Positions 22,101 through 33,023 of a stretch of DNA of 64,000 bases are shown here, piece by piece. Within the stretch, counting starts at the first letter, position 1. Every line of letters begins with the position of its first letter. The translations under genes and the position numbers were made by a program. This stretch comes from Klebsormidium nitens (taxonomy: Eukaryota; Plantae; Klebsormidiophyceae), in NCBI GenBank assembly GCA_000708835.1, contig DF237063.1:100875-164874 (forward strand), in the 5' to 3' direction. Below the pieces are notes generated by a model, which saw nothing but the letters and a program-made list of their open reading frames with translations, made no database searches and was not told where the DNA came from.

Positions 22101-23132
22101 TCTTCAGAAATCTCGGTGGATGGGCGCATGTGGCCGGGCGTAGTTATGAAGCCCTCCATTTAGATTCACGAGAAGCCGCTCTTCACAAAATCACCTGTCA
22201 TTGATAAGTCCTACGTTCTGGAAGAGGTGCTGACCGTAGTTTCAGACCGAAAAGCAGTTGTGGCAGCCTCTCAGCTCGAGGGTAGCGTTTCCCAATTTCC
22301 AATACACTTTTCTGCATGCAGGGATCTCGGTGGATGGCGACATGCAGGGCATCGCGCGGCTGCGCAGCGCGCTGCACGCGCACATGTGGCCGAGCATGGT
22401 CATGAAGCCCAAGCCGGGTGCGCGGCCTCCCCGCGCGCTGTCCAGCGGCGACGAGTCCGACTTCTCGACCGAGTACGAGTTACTCGAGGAGGACGGCGGG
22501 AGGGGGGGGCTGTCGCCGGAACGGAATGCCGGGGCGTCGGAACCGGTGAGAGTGGACGTCTGCGCGGGGGGGGTGGAGAAGGCCCGTCGGAAGCGGGGGG
22601 GAGTGGCGGGGATACGGGACGCGAGGCCAAGGAACAGGAAGGTGAAAGTGCGAGTCAGGAGGGCAGGAAAGAAAAGTCCGGGGCGGAAGCAGAGCCAGCG
22701 GAAAAGGAAGCGGGGGTCGGCGCGCCTTCTGCTACGGCTGCGCCTCAGACCGAGCGGAGCGATGCCGGAACGCCTATCGGTGGTGAAGCCGTGCCTGTGC
22801 AAGAATCAAATGGCGTGCCTGCAGATGACTCCCGTGCGCAACCGTCGGGGCAGGATTCCGCCGGGCCGGTCAACCCGGTTCCGTCTGAAGAGCGTGCGAA
22901 GGATTTAAACGGGAATGCTTCGTTGCATTTAGACGAGGCCGCGGCTATGCGGGAGGTAGAGCACGAAGGGGATTCGGACTTTGCGGAGATGGAGCGGATC
23001 ATGCACCAGATGTCGAGCGTAAGGGACCGCTTGTCGGGGCTGCCGGACGGGGCCAGACGGGAGGAGGCAGCGCGGTATGCAATGCGGCTCATGCAGATGT
23101 TTGGGGGCGAGAGTGATGGGGAAGCAGAGTAA
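19200..23132 (+). CDS. AAGAB: Alpha- and gamma-adaptin-binding protein p34, 6 exons; apparent 1-nt frameshift in the last exon
   Basis: Exons 19200-19308 (PSILVVGPKDVGKRSLV), 19651-19714, 20046-20187 (WSIDTKYYTADVNLW), 20560-20730 (DVLLCIANKADLVP), 21356-21509 (YSEWCLDNGVEYIEAC), 22322-23132 (VDGDMQGIARLRSALHAHMWPSMVMK ... MERIMHQMSSVRDRLSGLPDGARREEAARYAMRLMQMF). The two halves of the last exon are in different frames. Confidence 0.92.
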
Positions 23133-24933
23133 GAGTTGCTTCATTCGTAAAATTTCCATTTTTAATTCTGTAACATATTCATTTTAGCTTCTCAGTCGTG
23201 CTTCGATACATGGATCTAACTGGCCGTCTCAATTGCGAAGATCACGAAGTATCGCCACTTCATTGCAGAGTCATATTCAATTGGCGGTACATGCACCCTT
23301 GACGAAAGTTCAATGCGCGACAATACATCTGCACCTGAATTTGGATCATGATGGTCATCTATCGATCGTTTAGTCTGATGCTGAAATTGACAGCTGATCG
23401 ATCCGGCTAGAGCTATTCAATAATCGCATGCGTCAGGCATATAAGCCCATATGCTGCAGCCGCGCAATTTAAGTCATATATGGCGCCATATATGATTTAA
23501 TCATTGGTACGCATGTAGTTGGAAGATAACGACACCTAGTACCATAGCTAGCTCGGCGCGCAATGATGCTGAATTAACTAATTATGTTGACTGCAGTCTT
23601 ATGGTGAGGTGCGCGCGCATAGCATGCCGACGTACGTTTCATGATTCACAAGTTATGCATGCATGCTTATTGACTACTAGATACTTGGTATAAGCGCCAG
23701 CCAGGCTGGGCATGATCACGTATCTTCAAGTTAGCTGCAGTGCGCAACTTGGGTACGTCTTCCTATATGCAGCTCTAAACTGAGGCGGCCTCGAATTCAT
23801 ATATAGCTCGCCGGTGCAGCTTGGATGCATGTACGTTAGTAGCTAGTTGCCGGCAGCGCGCGCATGCGGAATTATATGCGGCAGCACGTACAACCGATAT
23901 ATGTGTGCAACGGCCGCTCAGCTGGCATCGCTGCATGGTGGAATCATGACTTTATAGTAGGGCCGCCTGCATGACTTTTCAGGCCGGTTATTGGGAGCGG
24001 CACATGTGCATGCTTGATTGAATACCGGTTCATGTTGGGATCAAATCGCAGCTGAACAACCATCACTTGTTTGGTATCGTTCATTGCGGCTCACTGGCAG
24101 ATTCATTCAATTACTCGGCTGGACGCAGTTCCAAACCAATCACTCACCATTTGGAGCTTTATTCGCTTGCGTAGCCGAAATCAGGGTAAACATAGGAAGC
24201 CGGTTGTTTAGTGGTTTGCATGGCGAGTACGCGGTAGCTTCATCGCCCTTCTTTCATGTTTACCTTACCTATAGCTGATCCAATCGACTCAACTACCGAC
24301 CTTCATAAAGAAGCACCACCAGGCTCATAGCCCTAGGAAGTTTGACTGACCGCTATTCTGCAAGCTATCAATAATTCCTTGTCAATACCATGCAAAACTG
24401 ATAGCTAGCCTGCAGGATCTCAATAGGTCTCTTCAATAGCGTAGTCAACCCCAGGCTAAGTTGCATAAATTACATCAAGAAGCTGGCTGAAAACGAAGTG
24501 TTTTCCTCAAAGTTTCCAGGACGATCCGACTCCTCTACAGTGCCTTCTCAAGAGCGTTCTAGACCCCACGTCGTGTCCCTTACTCCACAGGGCAGAGGTG
24601 GAAGCTCTAATGTGTTCACCAATGAGACACGGAGCCCGCCCGTTCAGACCGCGTCTGTTGCTACGAGTTGTTGTTCAAGTGGCCTCGGCTCCCTTCTTCA
24701 TTCACGCTCGTCTTTCCCGCCCATTTGTACCCTTTCTCACCTTAAGCACTCCTTGAGGACTATCAAACATCCCCAAATCCCTAAACGACACGCACAGCAA
24801 CGCTCGTCGGCTAATAACCCTGGCATCACCCATGGCCAACATTAATTTCCAGAACTAAAACAAATTCCTAACCAAGACACTACACAGATTTTATACAGCA
24901 CCTGCGCCCTTGTCTACCTTTACCTGCTGGCCT

Positions 24934-27900
24934 TTAACCCGTCGTTTCCGAAAGCGGGGTTGACGCCCGCACCTCGACATACGTCTCCGCGTCCTCCCGC
25001 GAGAGCCCGACCTCGACAAGTCCCTGGACGATGCACGCGCGGTACTTGTCCGAGGGGGAAACGAGGGGCACGTGGCCGCTCGCAATCTCCTCCTGCTCTT
25101 GGTGCGAGGCCCTGAACGATTGACGAAAAAGCGAGTCGGAAATAGGTATTGTGCACTGGTGCAGTGGTCCCATATTTCAGCCTTGATTCCTTGCAAGGCG
25201 TGGTTCCAATAGACAAGCCGGCATTTGAACCAGGGAGCAACCGATTGGTCCTCGAGCTTTAATGCAATATCATGATTGACCGGAAACATCTTTCAGCAAA
25301 TATCAAGCAAGAGCAAGTGAGCAAGATTTCCGACGGGCGACCAACACATCGTGCAAATAAGGACACTTCCTCGCATCACGGGCTGGCCTATGACTCGAAG
25401 ACAGAGTACCAGCAGTTTGCAGCCACTGATGTCTTGTTGTTTTGACACAGGGCAGGGGTACTCACGTGAAGGTCAGCACGGGCTCCCCCTGGTAGTCGCC
25501 CAAGTACTTGACCGTCCGGTACTTGCCTTTCTGCAGGCGGCACAGCGAACGGATTCAGAGTGGCACACGAGGAATCACGCAGACAGGACAGTCGTTTGGC
25601 AGCTCCAATCACCGAACTCGAGGCGATTGGTCATCCGGACTTCACAGCTCGCTTTCCCGACGCAGTCCTTAATAAACAGAGCCAAACACGTTCTCCCCCC
25701 CGCAACGATAGATCGACTGATATCTGTTTAATTCCTTCAAGCTTATTCGGAACGTCAAGTGGCTTCAACGCTCCAAACTCGCTTTTACCCTTTCCTGTCC
25801 AGATTTTGTCTCAACAGAATCAAGCTTGTCTTGCTTTCCTTCTTTCCGCCACCACTCCGCCTTCTGTTTTGTGTTTCCTGCTTCCTTTCTGTTGCTTCGT
25901 CTCCTCCTATCTGCCGCCTTATTCTTTCCTGCAACACCGCTGAAAAGATTAGACGTCACACTCACCTGAATCACGCAGTCAAGGGCGTTGTGCTTGAGGC
26001 TCTTTTCGTCGCGCGCGCGCAGCTGGACCAGATTCTCCGGGCTGACACAGACGCTTCCGACGGGTGCAGATGCGGAGTTCTCCTTCCGAGCGACCTCATT
26101 GAATTGCTGGAGCCTGCAAACAGACTCCATGGGGTCAGCACCCATACAAAAACTAGGCGGGAAGAATGCTTAAGCCATCATCGGTAGAAAGTCAAAAGGC
26201 TTTGTGAGTTTAGGACAACTTCAGGGGATAGCGAGCACTCGCTATTGACCAAGACCAGCTGAAAAGTGGGAAACTGGTTTGTTTACCATCCGTCACTTAA
26301 CCTGTTTGGCAACGTGGACTTGCTCGAATTGCAAGAGAAGGTTTTTGTGACTCTGGTGGGACACCGGACATGAACAGTCTGATGGAAATATGCCCCAAAA
26401 ACATCCTGCCCTCTTTATCCGAGAGTCCGGGCAACTTCTCCAGGTGCCTTATGAAGTACCTTCGAGATCCATCAGTATGCTTCTGATTCCACATATTCCC
26501 AGTTTGACCCCTGTCATCATGAAACCTGGACCCGTTGCCTGAATTTTGGCAAGGCTAACGCGAACTCCATCTTGTTGGATCAAAGAATGTGTTGCATAAA
26601 GCATGCAACCACAGTGGTAAGAAGACTCACGTTACGCGATACGCCCGGATGATGGTCTTGGAGTCTGGGGTTTCCTTTGAGGTGATGAAAGACACCCCTC
26701 CGGCGCCCCACGTGACAGATTTCTCGTGCGCAAAGAACAGCCGGTGAGGGACGACAAACGCGTCGATTGCGGTGGGAGGGGTGGGGTCCGAGCAGGGGGC
26801 TAGAGACATGGCCATGGACTCTGTCTGCGGGGAAATGAGAAGATAAGCCTTGCGTCACCACAGAGTGCAGGATGGGAACAACTTCCGACGTCTTTTCAGC
26901 TTCTATGAGTACCTGTTGATCGCTGTAGGTATGTTCTTCCGTAGAATCTTTATGTAGGTTCTCCTGTCGGTCCTTCACGGTGCACGACTAATGAGTGGCT
27001 ACATAAGCAGACGAACGGTCTGTGAGACTATGGACAAAAGCCGCTAGGAAGGAAGCTGAGGTAAAGCGGTGGTCCAATTGTGCAAGGTGTCAAAGAGTCT
27101 ACTCTGAAACACTTCAATAGAGGTAGCTTCCGAGTTCTCCTGTGCGCTCCACTTTGCAAGACCAGCGTGACTTACGATGAACCCAGACTCTCTCTACTGT
27201 ACACCAATGAGAGCCTCTATACACAGGCCCGCGGAATGCAGGTCTCTTATTTTATAAAGAGTCACCCTGCTAAAGAGAATATCACTGCAGTGAAGAAAGT
27301 GTCTGGTATGAGCAGGTAAGGTGCAGCATAAGTCCGCAATGCCTGAGATTGGAACCTGCATTGTGCTTCAATCGTCTTTCCAAAAGTACACCTTTACCAG
27401 GCCTTAATAACGAGGAGCTTGGTAAGCAGCGGTGTTCAACTTGTTATTCATATTACCACAGCGCACACAGGCACATTGCACACATTTTTGTCACAGGCCT
27501 TAGAGGGCAACAGTGATGCAGCTTGCATTGCAGTCGTGACATTGCAAACTGATATTCAGCTGGTAGATGTCAGTCCATATGCATTTAACGGAGCTCCAGA
27601 AGGGGAAAGCACCACTGCCCTACAGGAGGACTGAAACACAGTCATGACCTCTGAGATAAATTCCTGACCCGTACAATCTTCATCTGTGAACAAAACGCTC
27701 ACCTTGCCTCCCTTCACATAGCACATAAATCGCTCCTCCAGGAGGTTGCTTCCATAGGATGCATACCAGACATACGTTCTCGCCAAGTCGACGGGTGCCC
27801 CCTCCTGCGAAACGTCTTCAACCTGCTTTGGGAGCTTTGTCGCCTCCTCCCCCTGAGACCCAAATGCTAGCTCCTTCAGCTTGTACTTTGACAGGTCCAA

Positions 27901-28077
27901 ATGTGACGGCTTTACTTTCTTTGGTGAGATAATTGTATCTTCCTCCACTCTATAACGTTTCTGAGGACGCACTTCGGCGCCGGTCGCTGTGCTAGGTAGG
28001 GGCTGACCACTTTCCGCTCCTGGCGTCTCCTCAGGAGGGGCCTCGGTGTGCGCATTTGAACTGAAGAAGGACCCCAT
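24934..28077 (-). CDS. Stand-alone gamma-glutamylcyclotransferase (GGCT)-like domain protein, 5 exons, with a low-complexity N-terminus
   Basis: Exons 28077-27703 (...YVWYASYGSNLLEERFMCYVKGGK), 26824-26631 (PHRLFFAHEKSVTWGAGGVSFI), 26113-25966 (TLQQFNEVARKEN), 25530-25466 (KGKYRTVKYLGDYQGEPVLTFT), 25111-24934. All phases join. YASYGSN matches the GGCT-fold N-terminal loop, and the domain resembles, from memory, the C-terminal extension of plant HDA5 proteins. Confidence 0.8.
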
Positions 28078-28399
28078 TGGTGGTGCCGGAGTGCCACTCC
28101 TTGCTCAGTTGGGAAGAGGAACCCAGGCACAGAGAGCCGTACTTGACGGCTGTGCACCTCAGGGATAAGCCAGTAACAGGCCGGCCAGCAGGCGCCAACG
28201 AACAACCCCCTCCAGGTGGGCCCTCGAGTGAAAAACCCATTAGATTCCTAAGCTCCTCAGCCTCAGATTCAGGAGAGCCTCACATTCAGGAGAGCCAGGC
28301 TAGCCTTAGGCTTAGGCTGGTACGTGCTCAGCCACCACCATGGCGCCAAACCTTGGAACTGCTGGGTTAACACGTGGTTTAGCAGCTTACCTAGGCGGA

Positions 28400-28430
28400 T
28401 TAGGGTTTCCAATGGTTTAGGGTTTAGGGT
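28400..28430 (-). promoter_or_regulatory. Telo-box / interstitial telomere-like repeats upstream of the GGCT-like gene
   Basis: ttagggttt and tttagggtttagggt about 330 bp upstream of the ATG at 28077. Confidence 0.4.
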
Positions 28431-29842
28431 ACCGTGCCTTCGCAAGTTTCCCTGTCCGCTCTCAAAGTTCTCACCCTGTTTTCTCACCGCTCAATCCTCT
28501 CGAGGTCCTCTCGCTTATACATAAAACCGTCCATCAAAGTTCACATCTTCACTGCTCTCGATTATATCACCAATTTCTCATCTTGTTCAGCGAGATCCAT
28601 CCTTGATCAGCTGGCCCAATCTTCCTCAGCGCCAAAGCGGTCGTCAATATTGACAGTATTGATGACTCGTGTTGGCTGAGGCCCCGCTGAGGCCTGCGTG
28701 AGGCCTGCTGACCTTGGGACCTTTGCAGAGGGATGAATCTTAATGATGCTTTCAAGGGATTACTAATATTCTTTGGGGCTTTTGGATTCTGGAGGTATAG
28801 GTATTTCAACGGATGACTTCCTGGACGTTCATTCAGTTGTCGAAGCTACAAATGATCAGTGCACGCCATTTCTCCGTCAAGTGATGTATCCGACAGCTGA
28901 GTGAAATACAACTCTCTGCACCGAGCGCCTTGCTTTACTGAGGGAGAGAGGGAGCAAATTACGCGTACGTCATTTCTACGGACATACGGATCATGTTCAA
29001 AACGGATGCCTCATAATTCATGTATTCTTTGATGCATCAGGCAACCAGCGGCCATATTCAGGTCTCATGATATGATCATGCAGAGCTATGCAATGGGCTC
29101 AGCACTAAATCTGATGACGCACTGCTTGTCTTGCAAGTTCTTTCTTACTTCTGGAGAAACAACATCGAGAAACCTTGCCTAGTCATGCAATAAGTGCACT
29201 CGTGACGCCAAATGAGGCGCCGCTTCCGTGAAGTGTTCGCCTTTGCAGGGCCTTCAGGCATTCGACGCTTCGTTCAATCCTCCTCAGAAGCCAATCAGTG
29301 ATAACACGTGAAGTGAGGCCACGTCAAAATGGAGCCACGACTTGTCGGGAGCTTTCAGAGCTTGGGCCCATGCAGGCCTTCGTTTGCTCTACTCCATTGC
29401 GGTGTGCTTAGAACAAACGAGTCACATCACATTCTTCGCAAACGAGCTTCTCAATTCTTGAACAATAGCAGGGTACTCCGGCCCGTATAACAAGATTTTC
29501 AGGAGACTGGACAGGGAGTACAGCTTTCATCGGCGGAGTGTCGACATCAGGACATGATCCTGATAGTGTCTGCATGCTCGCATGCCGGTTTGTCCGTCTT
29601 TCAAGCCTGTACGGCTCGACATCCAATCCGCTCCTGAAGACGGTAGCTGGCGCCCAAGCCTGTCTTCTCGCCAGAATGTCCTTGCCAGCTTCCCATCCAT
29701 CGCTTCGTGGGGCTCTTGTCTTCGTTTCGATCTCAGTCCGATCGCGACCTCCCTACATCGCTTCCTAGCCTGCTCCATACTCTCGACTCCTCTCTTCGAA
29801 CCGCCAAAAGCGGCTGCGTAGAAGGCTATACTATCTGTACAG

Positions 29843-30715
29843 AGCTGTTGTTGGCTGCTTGCAACGGGCAAAACCATTGACGGTCTCAACGACGATCTTC
29901 TGTAGGCTATCTTAGCGAAAGTAGGCGACCAGATCGGCCGTTATTCCCTGGTCTGCCGTCGCTGGAACAGGCTCATATCCAAGCAAGTGGAGAACCTCAC
30001 GACTGCCCCCATGACCAAGATCGAGCAGCGCTTTGCACTCTGCCGTTTCTTCGCCAAAACAGAGGGACGAGTAGAGCGGTTGAAGGTCGTTGACCGCATC
30101 TTTCCGAGACCCAAGTGGTTGCCTCAGAGCCTGTTCCCGCCCGCATGCGCAGCGTTGCGGCGCTTTGAGCTGGTCGCGATTGGTTTCAGTGACGAGCAGT
30201 TGGCGGGGCTCATGACCGCCTTGGTGCCCTGCCCCAACTTGGAGGAGGTCATTTTAGACATAGGAGAATACGTTTCGACGAAAAGCTGCTCCGCGGTAGG
30301 AGCTCCAGAGACGGACCGCCTTCATGTTTCAATCAAGGAGCTTAAATTTGATCAGAAGTCTAGATACGAAATAACAACCGATTGTTTTCTTCAAGGGTTT
30401 AGGTCCAATGAGGGCTATAATGTATTCGGAAGCTACTTGTGTAGGTGCAGAACCCTAAAACTGCGGGTCCCCGCTGGATCGTCGTTTATACTCGCCCATC
30501 GATTCGGTTCCCCTGAACACGAGATCATTGAGACAGGCGAGAATCTTTATGAGGGGCCGGATGCTGAAATCAAGCTCCAGGGTTATCCGACCCGTTCCCT
30601 TGAATGCATGGGATGTGGAAAAATCTCGGTGCAGGAGAGGACGATTCAGATGGAGCCCGGAGTCGTTTACAGGTGGGAAAGGTATGGCGCAAGGCAAGAG
30701 CTGGTTCAAGTCTAG
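29843..30715 (+). pseudogene. F-box protein gene with an in-frame TAG inside the F-box motif
   Basis: In frame with ORF 29987-30715: TIDGLNDDLL*AILAKVGDQIGRYSLVCRRWNRLISKQV (TAG at 29903-29905), followed by an LRR-like stretch (LTALVPCPNLEEVILD-like). Confidence 0.7.
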
Positions 30716-31569
30716 CTGCATAGCATCGATGAGAGGTGTCCTTCGGTTGGACAATTCAGATGTACAAATCGATTCGCTTGGGTGGCCGGGAAAACTTGAA
30801 AGCGCGACGAGCCAACTGGGGCCCGAGTCTCAATTCAGTTTGGAGACTCAGCTCCCTACTGTGATACTGTAGTGACGTGGGCCTAGCTAGCCAGCCGTTG
30901 AGTAGATGTGTAAAGGTTGTATAAAATCTAGATTGCCTTATAGAAAACAATTGTGGGTACATCCGGACTGGAACGAATCTACTATGATCGCTTTCCTAGT
31001 ACGGTAATTGGGTTAGCCCGTGATTTCGGATCTCCTAGATTGCATATATACGTTCATAGGACTGTTGAGCACCATTTTAGAACGCCTCTTGTCGGCCGGA
31101 TAAGTGGCACGATTCTATCGTATCAGGACGGTGTGAGAGCCACAACCCTTCCAGGAATCATAAGTTTTCACGATGGTTGTGTCGTTATCTGTTTCAGTCT
31201 AGCGCGGCTCTTGAATTTTAAGTGCAAGTCCCGGCGCAGTGCCGAGTCGTACGGCGAGTTTGGTTTCAGGGTAAATTTTCGGACTTAGCGATTTCTCGAG
31301 GCCGAATTTGCCCGTATATTTTCCACCTTCTACAATTTATAGCGCGACCTAGAGACCTTACTTTGAAAAAGTGAACGGTCAAAGTCTCGAACATACGCCC
31401 CTTAACACTGAGGAATTTCTGGTTGATCAGGAACCTAGTGCAGGTGAATGTGCACGGTGTTAACGGGCTCTAATAATATATTTTACTGGTAAAAATTCAC
31501 TGTGAAACACTATATACGCGACGGTGCGGGAACCGTCGATCGTGAATTATTTTTAACCGGTGGCGCAAA

Positions 31570-32328
31570 CACAAGCTACCTATGGTGGGTACCGGCCGAG
31601 TCGATTCCGACTCCGGCCGCCACAAAATCGATTTAGCGCGTATCGAATATCGTCAGTGTTACCGGCGGTTCGCGTCACGGCTACTCAGGTTTATGTTACT
31701 CGGGCGGTACAAATACTCAGAGAATTTTGCCGGGCCGTAAGTAAGTGTGAGGAGATTCTTAAACAGTGTCAGGTTTTACACTTTGAGAGGAGCATCAAAT
31801 TGGCACGCAAAGAAGAGCCATATGCAGGCTTATAAAAACCTCTGACAAGCAGAAAAAAATGTTGGGAGAGCGTCATGAAGGCTCCTTCGAAGCTCCAACA
31901 TCTTGTTATGTTGAGGACAAATCGGAAGAAGCACCATCGTGGCTGCAAATTGGCCGCCATTGCTTGCTTCTAAAAAGCGCCATTCCCTACACTCCCGTTT
32001 CCATCTTCTGCACTCTCCTTTCAAGTTAGGTACCGCGGTACTCTAGGGTGGTTCGAGTCGGAACTTCCGATCGAAACCATGATTTTCAAATTTCACGTAC
32101 GGTCAGACTTGATCGGTACCGTACCGCCGGAAACTCCGGAAGTTTCTGACGATCGGAATGTCAGACAGATTCTAATTTATGAACTCGGACCGGATTCTCA
32201 AGTACCGGTCTGCACGGTCGTCAGTACCGCGTACAGTAATTGTCGCGACGCGACACACCGGTGATTCAAATTTGTGACCGGATCGTCGCGCGATCGAGAC
32301 CGCCGATACCCACCATAGGTTGCTTGTG
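31570..32328. mobile_element. MITE-like non-autonomous element with 27-bp imperfect terminal inverted repeats
   Basis: cacaagctacctatggtgggtaccggc (31570-31596) versus gccgatacccaccataggttgcttgtg (32302-32328), 25/27 complementary. No coding capacity; internal hairpins and repeated GTACCG. Confidence 0.65.
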
Positions 32329-33023
32329 AATTCCGGAGTGGTTGTGGCGCCTCCCAGCACTCGAGCATTTTCGCATGTGTATGTAGTATGCATGCCTGAC
32401 GTATGCACTTGCCGCTTATATCCGATCCGAGGTACAGTGCCGATTAGCCAGCATCATTAAAGCTCACGGCCACGGTGGCATATACTTACTTGCTGCATGA
32501 GGTATAGTCTGGTCATATACTATAAGCGCCGGGTCCTTCAACAGTGTAATTGGTCGCGTGCTGGCACCTAGACTCATGGTGCACTCAAGCACATGCCCGC
32601 CAAAGGTTGATCATCGGATCAATATCAACTTGGAGCGTGTCGGATGCTGCGTGACAGTCTGATCATCATCATTGAGCCGCGGCATGCATGGTGCGCCCCA
32701 CTCTTACTCTACAAAGGTGCATGACATGTCTGGAATGGTCGTATCGCATTGGGCACTGCTTTTATTAAATGGGCACCAACTATTGTCTTATCAAGCTAGC
32801 ATACCAAAGCGAGATTTATGTCAGGCATACGACCCACGGGATTAATTCACCAGAATGATTGATAAGAATGTCGAACGGCGATGCCACCGCAGTCTGAGAA
32901 AGTGTCACCTCGGCACAGGCATGGAAATCATGAAGACATCAAATGACAAATAACACATCTTCAAAAGACAATCGATCACTTCTTCAATCCCCCCGACAAA
33001 ATCGAATGGCAGCTTCCGACTTC

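Noticed and set aside
28560-28810. Coding-like minus-strand text with several stops
   Set aside because: Too degraded to support even a pseudogene call.
32050-32059. GGTTCGAGTC, resembling a tRNA T-loop/B-box
   Set aside because: Part of a local hairpin in the TIR element; no cloverleaf.
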